A stretch of DNA of 64,000 nt from a bacterium (lineage in GTDB: Bacteria > Pseudomonadota > Alphaproteobacteria > Caulobacterales > Caulobacteraceae): positions 4,435 through 68,434 of the forward strand of contig CALRXX020000019.1 in assembly GCA_943372245.1 (NCBI GenBank), given 5' to 3'. The position numbers were made by a program, and so were the translations under genes. Positions within the stretch are counted from its first letter, which is position 1. Each line of letters opens with the position of its first letter. Positions 29,570 to 39,255 of this stretch are shown piece after piece. Below the pieces are notes generated by a model. That model was not told the origin of the DNA, searched no databases, and was given only the letters and a program-made list of their open reading frames with translations.

Positions 29570-29992
29570 TCAGGCTGTCGTGATCGGGATCCGGCGGACC
29601 GCGGGCAGGTCCTCGGGCCGGCTCATGTCGACGTGCAGCAGGCCGTGTTCCAGCTGCGCCGCGTCGACGTCCAGACCGTCGGCAAGGACGAAGCTGCGGA
29701 CGAAGCCGCGCCCGGCGATGCCGCGGTGCAGGAAGGCCTGTTCGGCCTGTTCGGGGGCCGGCTCGCGCTTGCCCGCGATGGTCAGCTGACGGCCTTCGAG
29801 GGTGATCATCAGGTCATCGGGTCCGAAGCCCGCGACGGCCAGGGAGATGCGCACCGATCGCTCGCCGCGCTGTTCGACATTATAGGGGGGATAGCTGTCC
29901 GCCGCGGCGCGGGCGGCGCGGTCGATCAGGGCCCGGGTATGGTCGAAGCCCAGCAGGAAGGGGCTGTCGAACAGGATGGTGCGCGTGGTCAT
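29570..29992 (-). CDS. Small heat shock protein (Hsp20/IbpA-like)
   Basis: LGFD, YPPYNVE, LAVAGF, FLHRGIAGRGF.RSF.LA, GLLH. Confidence 0.93.
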   Translation of the reverse strand: MTTRTILFDSPFLLGFDHTRALIDRAARAAADSYPPYNVEQRGERSVRISLAVAGFGPDDLMITLEGRQLTIAGKREPAPEQAEQAFLHRGIAGRGFVRSFVLADGLDVDAAQLEHGLLHVDMSRPEDLPAVRRIPITTA

Positions 29993-30064
29993 GGTCTCTC
30001 GCCCCCGAAGCAGGCCTTCGACCGTCTGCGCCCCCCGTGATCGGCAAGGCGTCGGCCAGTCGTG

Positions 30065-30094
30065 AGAATGGGAAGAGATCTTGGCCAAATCAAT
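30065..30094 (-). promoter_or_regulatory. Putative sigma-32 promoter of the Hsp20 gene
   Basis: Minus strand TTGA-N17-CCCATTCT, matching RpoH spacing. Confidence 0.6.
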
Positions 30095-30221
30095 GGCGCA
30101 GGGTCACGGGTTCGCAATCGAAAGACGAACAACGTTCTTTCGTCTTGCATCGCGTTTTGGTTGTGATTAGATCGATCTTGCACAACCGCGAGGGGCGGTT
30201 GCCCTTTGAGGGAAATCACCG

Positions 30222-30617
30222 ATGCCCTGGCCCGAGAGCCCGCCGGTAGACGCGCTACTGAACCTGAGCCTTGATGATGTTGAGGCGTGCATCTGGTTCG
30301 TCTGGCAAAGAAACTTCAATCAGCCAGATGATTTCCCGACCGCAGACGCACTGATGTCGATCAGCCTCAAGTCATCGTTTCCGCCCAAGCCCTGGGGCGT
30401 CGGCGGTGATGCCGACGGCGTGGCGAAGAAATTCTTCAAGGATATCCAGACAGCGCTGGAGGCCTTCACCCTGTATCGCGCCAACGTGGCGTTCAGCGCT
30501 TTCGTCGCCGCCTATGACAGCGGAAAGACATGGGGCGAACTGGCAGCCGCCATCCACGAGAAGCGGATTCATGTCGCCGGCCAGAAGCGGGCGAAGGCAC
30601 TGAACGCTGTGGTCTGA
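30222..30617 (+). CDS. Hypothetical protein (131 aa)
   Basis: GAGGG upstream of ATG; natural composition; no family recognised. Confidence 0.7.
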   Translation: MPWPESPPVDALLNLSLDDVEACIWFVWQRNFNQPDDFPTADALMSISLKSSFPPKPWGVGGDADGVAKKFFKDIQTALEAFTLYRANVAFSAFVAAYDSGKTWGELAAAIHEKRIHVAGQKRAKALNAVV

Positions 30618-30636
30618 CACACGACTGGAGGGGCAA

Positions 30637-31866
30637 ATGAAATCGCGTTTGATGGTTGCCGGCGCGTGCGGCTTTCTGGCCGTGACGGGTATCGCCGGGC
30701 CCGGCTACGCGCAGGAGAGCGGCGTGCGCGATGTGGGCCTGGAGGGGCTGGAGGCCGATTCCGGCCTGATCCAGAGGCTGGGGTCGCGATACCTGGCGGT
30801 GATACGGCTGGAGGCAACGGCAGACGTCGGTGACTGTCCTGCAGGTCAGGCGGCGGATCGACGGGTCATGTCTGTCGAGATCGATCCGGTTTCCGATGGC
30901 GCTCACACGCGGACCTTTTTCCCGGGGCCGTTGATGGCCGGACGCGACGTCTGCGCCACTGACGCGATCCTCGTTCCGCTGACGCTCGACGTGTCGCCGC
31001 CGAACGCCTTTGACTTCACGGTGAGATTTTCCGACGGCTCGGCAGCGACAAGGTCCGGTGTGACCTTTGATGCGAGCGAGGCGGCCGCCGCCAGGGGCGC
31101 ATCGGACCCTGTCCAAAGCGAGTTCAAACTCCTGAACGGCGAGGATGACGGGGAGATCGGACTCAGCTGGGATATCGCTCTCGACCTGACCGTCCTGGCC
31201 CGCAGCGCGCCGGTGCTGAACGATGTCGACGAAGCGCGCCTCAACTTCTCCGGTGAAACGGCAGCCTCGGGCGAATCGCTGGATTTCAAGGAGGTCATGA
31301 AGCTGGACAGCAGCTTCATCTACCGGTTTGGCGGCTATGGTCAGTACTACTCGATTGTCGCCAAGCCCATCGCCTTCGAATCTGACAGCGAAGCGAGCAC
31401 GATCAACTATCGCGGTTCTGTATCCTTCAACTTCGAGGTTCCTGGCTCACGCGAACTCTCGCGCGTCATCCAGCCGCTGTTCGGTGGCTGTAACCAGACC
31501 AGCGAGGTCAACTGCACGGCCTTCGGCCTGATCGGGGGTGTCGGCTACAGTGCGAACAGGGCTGTCAAGGAAGTCGATGGAGCCGCGAACCTGTCGGAAG
31601 ATTTCGTGACGACTGCTGCGGCGGTTTGGAACTTCCCGCTTGGGGACAGGATGCGCTTCAACGCCCGATACGACTGGCAAAGCGACTCACCAGACGGCAC
31701 CTCATCCGAATCCTCGGAGATCGGGGTGACATACCGCCCCCTGTGTTCAAGCGACATCAGCTTGACCATCTCCTGGATCGACGGTGAGTTCCTGCCGGGA
31801 GATCAGAAGCGCGACGGAGTCCGTTTCGGACTTAGCCGTCTTTTCGGTGTTCAGAACGGTTGTTGA
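30637..31866 (+). CDS. Exported hypothetical protein, possible C-terminal beta-barrel
   Basis: GGAGGGG SD, signal peptide ending GYA-QES, amphipathic strands in the C-terminal half. Confidence 0.75.
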   Translation: MKSRLMVAGACGFLAVTGIAGPGYAQESGVRDVGLEGLEADSGLIQRLGSRYLAVIRLEATADVGDCPAGQAADRRVMSVEIDPVSDGAHTRTFFPGPLMAGRDVCATDAILVPLTLDVSPPNAFDFTVRFSDGSAATRSGVTFDASEAAAARGASDPVQSEFKLLNGEDDGEIGLSWDIALDLTVLARSAPVLNDVDEARLNFSGETAASGESLDFKEVMKLDSSFIYRFGGYGQYYSIVAKPIAFESDSEASTINYRGSVSFNFEVPGSRELSRVIQPLFGGCNQTSEVNCTAFGLIGGVGYSANRAVKEVDGAANLSEDFVTTAAAVWNFPLGDRMRFNARYDWQSDSPDGTSSESSEIGVTYRPLCSSDISLTISWIDGEFLPGDQKRDGVRFGLSRLFGVQNGC

Positions 31867-32082
31867 GCCGTGTCGTCCGAAACTGCCAACGGACCAGATC
31901 TGGTGCAGATCCGGCCCGCTGACCTCTTGTCTGCCATGCAGGCGCTCTGCCGGCTGAGCCAGGGTGCCGAACCTTTCGGTCGGATCGCCGGGGGGCCGGG
32001 TGGTCCTGCTGCGAGGCGGCAGTGAGGGTGATGCAGGCGGCGCTCCTGTTGATTGTCGCTTCACCACCCTTTCTCCGGGCGG

Positions 32083-33174
32083 TCAGCCTTGCGGCACACC
32101 CAGCGAGGCCAGGCCCTCTTCAACTATGGCCCGCTGAACGCCTGTCGCATCCTTCAGCAGGGCCTCAAGGGCCATGCGATGTGCCTGTGTCAGGGCCTCG
32201 GCGGCGGGAACCTCGGTGTCAGGACGGACTCCCACACCCTCCCAGTTCGTTCCGGTCACAGTGTTGCTGACAGTCTGCATTGGAATGAAGGCGGCGAACC
32301 CGTTGGTGAGGGGTCGAAAGCCCCCCGGGGTCGCCGCACCAAAGGTGGTCTGGCCGACGAGTGTTGCGCGCCGCATGGCCTGAAGGTCATAGGCAAACTC
32401 TTCGGCCCCCGAGCCGGTTTCTCCGTCAATCAGCACATAGACGGGTTTGCCCGTGTAAGCGGGTGTCCGCGGTTCTGCATAGAAGGTCCGGTTGCTGGAG
32501 GGGTCGAACACAGACTCGACGCGGACGGTGGCGGTTCTTTCTGCGACCAGATGACCGATCACGTTCGCCACGCCGGCAGGCTCGCCGCCCGGGGACCCGC
32601 GTACGTCGATGATGAGGGCTCCCGTGTCGGCCAGCATTCCCATGGCGGCTGCCAGCTTCTCGACACCGGGCGGCGTGTCGAGAAACATGTTGATGCGGAT
32701 GTAGCCCACATTTCCCGGCAGCCAGCGGACGTCCGGTATCTCGCTGCCGCGCAGGCGCACTTCATTGTGGAAGGCGGCGATCTCCTCGTTCGATGGAGGT
32801 CCTTCACTGAATCCGGCGAGGACTTCCGGTCCCAGGTAGCGGACCCTGAAATGTCGGTCGTTGACGACGGGCGTGATCCTGGCCTCGATCAAGGCAAGCA
32901 GGTCGCCGGCAGAGCGGGTGCCATCGAATTCGCCCCGGTCTTGCATGGCCTCGATCTCATTCGCCGCTGCGACACCGCGCTCGCGAAAGGCGAAGCGCTC
33001 GCGCAGGAGATCGGCCAGGGACAGGATCACAGCCCGACTGTCGTGGGCGCTCATCTGCACGGTTGAAGGGTCCGTGGCCTGCGATGGCTCGCTCAGGGCA
33101 ACGCCAGGGGTAGAGGCAAGGACCGCAACAGCGGCGCAGGCGGCGAGAATCGACGCGCTGAGTTTTTTGACCAT
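32083..33174 (-). CDS. S41 family peptidase
   Basis: Signal peptide, DRHF, GNVGYIRI, IIDVRGSPGG, TGSGAEEF, GVGVRPD. Confidence 0.9.
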   Translation of the reverse strand: MVKKLSASILAACAAVAVLASTPGVALSEPSQATDPSTVQMSAHDSRAVILSLADLLRERFAFRERGVAAANEIEAMQDRGEFDGTRSAGDLLALIEARITPVVNDRHFRVRYLGPEVLAGFSEGPPSNEEIAAFHNEVRLRGSEIPDVRWLPGNVGYIRINMFLDTPPGVEKLAAAMGMLADTGALIIDVRGSPGGEPAGVANVIGHLVAERTATVRVESVFDPSSNRTFYAEPRTPAYTGKPVYVLIDGETGSGAEEFAYDLQAMRRATLVGQTTFGAATPGGFRPLTNGFAAFIPMQTVSNTVTGTNWEGVGVRPDTEVPAAEALTQAHRMALEALLKDATGVQRAIVEEGLASLGVPQG

Positions 33175-33326
33175 GGGGTTCCCTCCGATGTGTTCACACA
33201 TCCGGGAGGCTCCAAGCCTCCCGAATGGATGCACCGAAGGACGATCAAAGTGCGTACCTGGCCGATTCTTTCCGGACGCGATCCCGAAATGGACGAAGGC
33301 CCCGCGGTTTCCCGCGAGGCCTTCGG

Positions 33327-33402
<76 letters not shown>

Positions 33403-33570
33403 GAACCTCGGGCGCTGGGCCTTTCGGTCGGATCGCTTGGGGGCCGGGAGGCCCTGCTGCGAGGCGGCGGAACCTATGTCAGGGCCTGATCGTGATCAAG
33501 CCCGGTTCAACCATTTATTTTCGTCGTTCCCGGACCAGCGAAAACCGGTCCGGGAACAGGGCGAAAATCC

Positions 33571-34029
33571 TTACTCGTCTTCCTTGGGCGTGATGATTTC
33601 GTCCTCGAAACCATCGTCATCCTCGTCCTCGATGAAGGGGACGGAATCGTCGTCGTCGTCGGCGAGGACGTCGTCGTCCTCGACCGCTTCACCCATGCCG
33701 GGCTCTTCGGTCGGATCGACGGGAGCGTCGTCGTCGTCGTCCGGCGTCAGGATGGGCTCGTGGCCTTCCTGGTCGATTTCCGGCGTTGCGACCGCTTCTT
33801 CTTCCTCGTCCTCGTCGCCGTCGACCTTCTTGTCCTTGACCTGATCTTCATCGGAGTCGTCGGCGGCGTAGCCGGCCGGACGGCCGCGGCGGTTGCGCAG
33901 CTTCAGCGCCTCCTCCGGATCGAAGTCGGTCGCGCATTTGGGGCAGTGGGCGGGGCGACGGCCCAGGTCGTAGAATTTGGCCTGGCAGTTCGGGCAGACC
34001 TGCTTCTGGCCCAGTTCGGGTTTGGCCAC
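33571..34029 (-). CDS. TIGR02300 / FYDLN-acid family protein
   Basis: CPNC.AKFYDL...CPKC zinc ribbon plus acidic tail; GTG start. Confidence 0.9.
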   Translation of the reverse strand: MAKPELGQKQVCPNCQAKFYDLGRRPAHCPKCATDFDPEEALKLRNRRGRPAGYAADDSDEDQVKDKKVDGDEDEEEEAVATPEIDQEGHEPILTPDDDDDAPVDPTEEPGMGEAVEDDDVLADDDDDSVPFIEDEDDDGFEDEIITPKEDE

Positions 34030-34148
34030 GGTTGAAGACCTTTGGCGGGAGTGGGGAAATGGGGCGGCTCCCTTGCCACCCCCTGACGCCGCTGTCAAAA
34101 GCCATCTCCGCGCGCCCGCGCTTCGTTGACCGTTTCGGAGACCGCAGG

Positions 34149-35462
34149 GTGTCGATTCCCGCCCATCTGACCGCCGGCCGCAGCCCCGCGCTGTCCGGTC
34201 GCGTGCGGGCGCCCGGCGACAAGTCGATCTCGCACCGCGCCCTGATCCTGGGGGCCATGGCGACGGGCGTGACGGTGATCGAGGGCCTGCTGGAAGGCGA
34301 GGATATCCTGGCCACGGCGCGGGCGGTCGAGGCGTTCGGCGCGACCGTCGAACGGCTGGGCGAGGGCCGCTGGCGGGTGACCGGCCAGGGTGGGTTCACA
34401 CAGCCGGCGGGCGTCATCGACTGCGGCAACGCCGGCACCGGGGTGCGGCTGCTGATGGGGGCGGCGGCGGGTTATGCCATCACCACGACGTTTGACGGCG
34501 ATGCGAGCCTGCGAAAGCGGCCGATGAAGCGGGTCACGGGGCCGCTCGCCGACATGGGCGCACGGTTCGACTGGCATGACACCGATGACCGGTTGCCGGT
34601 CGCGGTCGCCGGCGGGAGGCTGTCGGCCATCGACTATGTCCAGACCGTCGCCTCGGCCCAGATCAAGTCGGCCATCCTGCTGGCCGGGCTGAACGCCGGG
34701 GGCGTCACCACAGTGACGGAGGCCGAGCCGAGCCGGGATCATACGGAGCGGATGCTGAAGGCCTTCGGCGTCGAGGTCGGCGTCCTCCCGGTCGGCGGCG
34801 GCTGGCGCATCAGTCTCCGGGGCGGCCAGACCCTGACCGGAACCGACGTCGCCGTCCCCGGAGATCCGTCGTCGGCCGCCTTCCCGCTGGCAGCCGGGCT
34901 GATCGTGCCGGGGTCGGAGGTGTCGGTCGAAGGCGTGATGCTGAACCCGCTGCGCACCGGCCTGTTCGAGACCTGGCGCGAGATGGGGGCGGACCTGACC
35001 GTCTCGAACCGCCGCATGGCCGGGGGCGAGGAGGTCGGCGACGTCACCGCCCGGCATTCGACGCTGCGGGGCGTGGTCGTGCCGCCGGAGCGGGCCGCCT
35101 CGATGATCGACGAGTATCCGGTCCTCGCCGCGACCGCCGCCTTCGCCGAAGGGGCCACCGTCATGCGCGGCATCGGCGAGATGCGGGTCAAGGAGAGCGA
35201 CCGCATCGCCCTGATGGCGGCAGGATTGCAGGCCTGCGGCGTTCGGGTCGAGGAGGAGCCGGAGGGCTTCACCGTCTTCGGTGGACCGGTCCGGGGCGGC
35301 GCGACCGTGACCACCCACGGCGACCACCGCATCGCCATGAGCCATCTGGTGCTGGGTCTGGCGGCCGAGGCAGCCGTGACCGTGGACGAGCCGGGGATGA
35401 TCGCGACGAGCTTTCCGGGGTTTGTGGAGCTGATGGGCGGGCTCGGCGGCGTGATCGCATGA
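34149..35462 (+). CDS. aroA: EPSP synthase
   Basis: [42 protein letters not shown]; exact start uncertain. Confidence 0.96.
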   Translation: MSIPAHLTAGRSPALSGRVRAPGDKSISHRALILGAMATGVTVIEGLLEGEDILATARAVEAFGATVERLGEGRWRVTGQGGFTQPAGVIDCGNAGTGVRLLMGAAAGYAITTTFDGDASLRKRPMKRVTGPLADMGARFDWHDTDDRLPVAVAGGRLSAIDYVQTVASAQIKSAILLAGLNAGGVTTVTEAEPSRDHTERMLKAFGVEVGVLPVGGGWRISLRGGQTLTGTDVAVPGDPSSAAFPLAAGLIVPGSEVSVEGVMLNPLRTGLFETWREMGADLTVSNRRMAGGEEVGDVTARHSTLRGVVVPPERAASMIDEYPVLAATAAFAEGATVMRGIGEMRVKESDRIALMAAGLQACGVRVEEEPEGFTVFGGPVRGGATVTTHGDHRIAMSHLVLGLAAEAAVTVDEPGMIATSFPGFVELMGGLGGVIA

Positions 35463-35758
35463 GGGGTGCGCCCGCCTCCCTGGCCCGGAAGCTGGCGCAT
35501 GCCGGTCTGCTCGTCATCGCCCTGGCTCTTGTCTGGGCCGGAGCCTCCTGGATCGACCTGCATGACGGCTCGACGTGGCGAAAGCGGTCGCGGTACGAGG
35601 ATGGCCCGTTCTTCCGTCAGGTGGACGCCGCGACAAACGCACAGGACTTCAAACTCATCGTCATGCTACGCGGCACCATGCCGGTCGTGTTGATCGGCAC
35701 AACCGGGATCATTCTTCTTCTCGGCGCCGCAGGTCAGCATTACGTGCCTCGTCCATGA
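35459..35758 (+). CDS. Small two-TM hypothetical protein
   Basis: ATGA overlaps with both aroA stop and cmk start; two hydrophobic segments. Confidence 0.65.
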   Translation: MRGAPASLARKLAHAGLLVIALALVWAGASWIDLHDGSTWRKRSRYEDGPFFRQVDAATNAQDFKLIVMLRGTMPVVLIGTTGIILLLGAAGQHYVPRP

Positions 35759-36405
35759 ATCCACCCCTCATCATCGCCGTCGACGGCCCCGCCGCCTCGG
35801 GCAAGGGCACGATCGCCGCCCGGCTGGCGGCGCTCTATGGCCTGCCGCACCTCGACACGGGTCTGCTGTACCGCGCCGTCGGCGTGGGCGTCCTCGACGC
35901 GGGCGGCTCGCTGGATGACGCCGCCGCGGCCGAGGCCGTGGCCCGGGCGCTGAAGGCCGAGAGCCTGCAGGACACCGACCGCCTGACCAGCGGCGACGCG
36001 GGCGAGGCGGCCAGCCGGGTCGCGGGCTATCCGGGCGTGCGGGCCGCCCTGCTGGAATTCCAGCGCGCCTTCGCCGCCCGGACAGGCGGGGCGGTGCTGG
36101 ACGGGCGGGACATCGGTACGGTCATCGCCCCGGGCGCCCTGGCCAAGCTGTTCATCACGGCCACGCCCGAGGTCCGCGCCATGCGTCGCTGGAAGCAGCT
36201 GACCGGCCGCGGCGACGCCATCGCCTATGCGGACATGCTGGCCGACATCGTGCGTCGCGACGAGCGGGACGCCGGCCGGGGCGCGGCCCCGATGGTGCAG
36301 GCGCAAGACGCCGTCTTGCTGGATACGACCGATATGGATATAGAGACCGCCTTCGATGCGGCCCGCCGTATCGTCGAGGCGGCGCGTGTCCGGCACGGTC
36401 TTTAG
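35755..36405 (+). CDS. cmk: Cytidylate kinase
   Basis: DGPAASGKGT, LDTGLLYR, LDGRDIGTVI. Confidence 0.96.
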   Translation: MNPPLIIAVDGPAASGKGTIAARLAALYGLPHLDTGLLYRAVGVGVLDAGGSLDDAAAAEAVARALKAESLQDTDRLTSGDAGEAASRVAGYPGVRAALLEFQRAFAARTGGAVLDGRDIGTVIAPGALAKLFITATPEVRAMRRWKQLTGRGDAIAYADMLADIVRRDERDAGRGAAPMVQAQDAVLLDTTDMDIETAFDAARRIVEAARVRHGL

Positions 36406-36559
36406 GGACCCCAAGGCAAATCCAGCGCGTCATCCTCGGCTTCCGCGGGCGTCCTGACCTTTACCGGCCTCGCATCCCGACGACCTGATCCTGATTTTCA
36501 ACCACCTCGCGCGGGGCCCTTCGGTCGCGCGCCATAACCGTTAGAAACCCAACCACCGC

Positions 36560-38266
36560 ATGACTGACACCAGCTTCTCTCCCTCGCGCGATGATTTCGC
36601 CGCGCTGCTCGACGAAACCCTTCAGGGCCGTGACCTCGGCGAAGGCCAGGTCGTTCACGGCCGCGTCGTCGGCATCGAAAAGGACATCCTGATCATCGAC
36701 GTCGGTCTGAAGACCGAAGGCCGTATCCCGGCCCGCGAGTTCGGCATCGGCGAGGGCGCCGTCATTCCGAAGCTCGGCGACAATGTCGAAGTCTACCTCG
36801 AGCGCGTCGAGAACGCCCTGGGTGAAGCCGTCATCAGCCGTGACAAGGCCCGCCGCGAAGAAGCCTGGACCCGTCTGGAAGTCGTGTTCGCCGAAGGCCA
36901 CCCGGTCAACGGCGCCATCGTCGGCCGCGTCAAGGGCGGCTTCACGGTCGACCTCGGCGGTGCCTCGGCCTTCCTGCCGGGCTCGCAGGTCGACATCCGC
37001 CCGGTGCGCGACGTCGGCCCGCTGATGGGCAAGGAACAGCCCTTCGCCATCCTGAAAATGGACCGTCCGCGCGGCAACATCGTCGTCTCGCGTCGCGCCA
37101 TCCTGGAAGAAGCCCGCGCCGAACAGCGCACCGAGCTGGTCGGCCAGCTGCAAGAGGGTGAAGTCCGCGAAGGCGTGGTCAAGAACATCACCGACTACGG
37201 CGCGTTCGTGGACCTGGGCGGCATCGACGGCCTGCTGCACGTCACCGACATGTCGTGGAAGCGCGTCTCGCACCCCTCGCAGGTCCTCGCCGTCGGCGAC
37301 ACCGTCAAGGTCCAGATCGTCAAGATCAACCCGGACACCCAGCGCATCAGCCTCGGCATGAAGCAGCTGCAGACCGATCCGTGGGACGGCGTGGAAGCGA
37401 AGTATCCGGTCGGCGCCAAGATGACCGGCCGCATCACCAACATCACCGACTACGGCGCGTTTGTTGAGCTGGAAGCCGGCGTTGAAGGCCTGGTCCACGT
37501 CTCGGAAATGTCCTGGACCAAGAAGAACGTCCACCCCGGCAAGATCGTCTCGACCTCGCAGGAAGTCGACGTGGTCGTGCTGGACGTCGACGCCTCCAAG
37601 CGCCGCATCTCGCTGGGCCTCAAGCAGGCCCAGGACAATCCGTGGGATGCCTTCGTGGCCGCCAACCCGATCGGTTCGACCGTCGAGGGCGAGGTCAAGA
37701 ACGCCACCGAGTTCGGCCTGTTCATCGGCCTGGACAACGACATCGACGGCATGGTGCACCTGTCCGACCTGGACTGGAACGTCTCCGGCGAGGAAGCCAT
37801 CCAGCGCTACCGCAAGGGCGAAACCGTCAAGGCCAAGGTGCTGGACGTCGACGTCGAGAAGGAACGCGTCTCGCTCGGCATCAAGCAGCTGGGCGGCGAT
37901 CCGATGGAAGGCGACACCTTCAAGAAGGGCCAGCAGGTTACCGTCACCGTGACGTCGATCGAAACCGGCGGCATCGAGGTCAAGTTCGGTGAAGAGGACG
38001 CCCCGGCGACCGCCTTCATCCGCAAGTCCGACCTGTCGCGCGACCGCGCCGACCAGCGCACCGAGCGCTATTCGGTCGGCGACCGCGTCGACGCCATGGT
38101 CACCGGCATCGACAAGGCCTCGCGCCGCGTCTCGGTGTCGATCAAGGCCCTGGAAATGAAGGACGAAACCGCGGCGATCGAACAGTTCGGTTCGTCGGAC
38201 TCGGGCGCGTCCCTGGGCGACATCCTTGGCGCAGCCATGCGCGAGAAGGCAGCGTCGAAGGAATAG
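36560..38266 (+). CDS. rpsA: 30S ribosomal protein S1
   Basis: Repeated S1 domains (DYGAFV, GLLHV, RISLG). Confidence 0.98.
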   Translation: MTDTSFSPSRDDFAALLDETLQGRDLGEGQVVHGRVVGIEKDILIIDVGLKTEGRIPAREFGIGEGAVIPKLGDNVEVYLERVENALGEAVISRDKARREEAWTRLEVVFAEGHPVNGAIVGRVKGGFTVDLGGASAFLPGSQVDIRPVRDVGPLMGKEQPFAILKMDRPRGNIVVSRRAILEEARAEQRTELVGQLQEGEVREGVVKNITDYGAFVDLGGIDGLLHVTDMSWKRVSHPSQVLAVGDTVKVQIVKINPDTQRISLGMKQLQTDPWDGVEAKYPVGAKMTGRITNITDYGAFVELEAGVEGLVHVSEMSWTKKNVHPGKIVSTSQEVDVVVLDVDASKRRISLGLKQAQDNPWDAFVAANPIGSTVEGEVKNATEFGLFIGLDNDIDGMVHLSDLDWNVSGEEAIQRYRKGETVKAKVLDVDVEKERVSLGIKQLGGDPMEGDTFKKGQQVTVTVTSIETGGIEVKFGEEDAPATAFIRKSDLSRDRADQRTERYSVGDRVDAMVTGIDKASRRVSVSIKALEMKDETAAIEQFGSSDSGASLGDILGAAMREKAASKE

Positions 38267-38314
38267 GCCTCAAACAGCGAGCGACCGCGTCGCGCGCACA
38301 GGCCACAGGAAGGC

Positions 38315-38344
38315 AGGCGGCCGGAGCAATCCGGCCGCCTTTTT
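38315..38344 (+). terminator. Intrinsic terminator after rpsA
   Basis: aggcggccgga-gcaa-tccggccgcct-tttt. Confidence 0.85.
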
Positions 38345-38533
38345 CGTGGCCGGGAGCCGCATTCCATTGACGGCGCCGAACCGCTCTGCGCCCGTTAAGC
38401 GACATTTCCGCGCTGAATCCGTTCCGGGGGCCTTTTTCCCCCGACAGGTGAAGGCTAGGGTGGGGTTGCATCCTGCGTTCGGATGCACCCGTAAGCGTTC
38501 CGAACGCGTGAAACAGGGCGGGGGCCTGGCCAT

Positions 38534-38821
38534 ATGATCAAGTCAGAACTGATCGAGAAGCTCGCAGCCGAGAACACCCATCTGACCCACGCCGAGGTCG
38601 AGCGGGTGGTCAATATCGTCCTCGGGCGGATGGTGGATTCGCTGGGCGACGGTGGTCGTGTCGAGCTTCGCGGTTTTGGCGCCTTTTCGGTGCGGGGCCG
38701 TCCGGCGCGGGCCGGTCGCAATCCGCGGACCGGCGAGACCGTCGACGTGCCCGCCAAGGCGGTGCCCTTCTTCAAGAGCGGCAAGGAGCTGCGCGAGCGG
38801 CTGAACGCCGGGGACGCCTGA
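38534..38821 (+). CDS. ihfB: Integration host factor beta
   Basis: [34 protein letters not shown]. Confidence 0.95.
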   Translation: MIKSELIEKLAAENTHLTHAEVERVVNIVLGRMVDSLGDGGRVELRGFGAFSVRGRPARAGRNPRTGETVDVPAKAVPFFKSGKELRERLNAGDA

Positions 38822-38828
38822 CTCCGCC

Positions 38829-39248
38829 ATGGGCATGCTCACCGAATTCAAGGACTTCATTTCGCGCGGCAATGTCATCGACCTGGCGGTCGGCGTCATC
38901 ATCGGCGCGGCCTTCGGCAAGATCGTCACCAGCCTGGTCGAACAGGTGGTCATGCCGCCGATCGGCCTGTTGCTGGGCAAGGTCGATTTCTCGAACCTGA
39001 AATGGGTGCTGTCGCCCGAGGATCCGGCGACCGATGCGGTCGAGGAAGTGGCCATCCAGTACGGCGCCTTCATCAACACCCTGATTCAGTTCGCCATCGT
39101 CGCCTTCGTGATCTTCCTGATGGTCAAGGCGATCAACAGGCTGCGCCGCGAGAAGGCGGCCGAGCCTGAGGCACCGGCCGCGCCGACCGCGACCGAGGCC
39201 CTGCTGGCCGAAATCCGCGATGAACTGAAGGCCCGGCCCCGGGCCTAG
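38829..39248 (+). CDS. mscL: Large-conductance mechanosensitive channel
   Basis: [33 protein letters not shown]. Confidence 0.97.
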   Translation: MGMLTEFKDFISRGNVIDLAVGVIIGAAFGKIVTSLVEQVVMPPIGLLLGKVDFSNLKWVLSPEDPATDAVEEVAIQYGAFINTLIQFAIVAFVIFLMVKAINRLRREKAAEPEAPAAPTATEALLAEIRDELKARPRA

Positions 39249-39255
39249 AGCCCTT

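Noticed and set aside
30095-33326. Prophage or defence island at tRNA-Ala
   Set aside because: No integrase, att duplicate, nuclease, NTPase or phage motifs seen; kept only as an accessory islet
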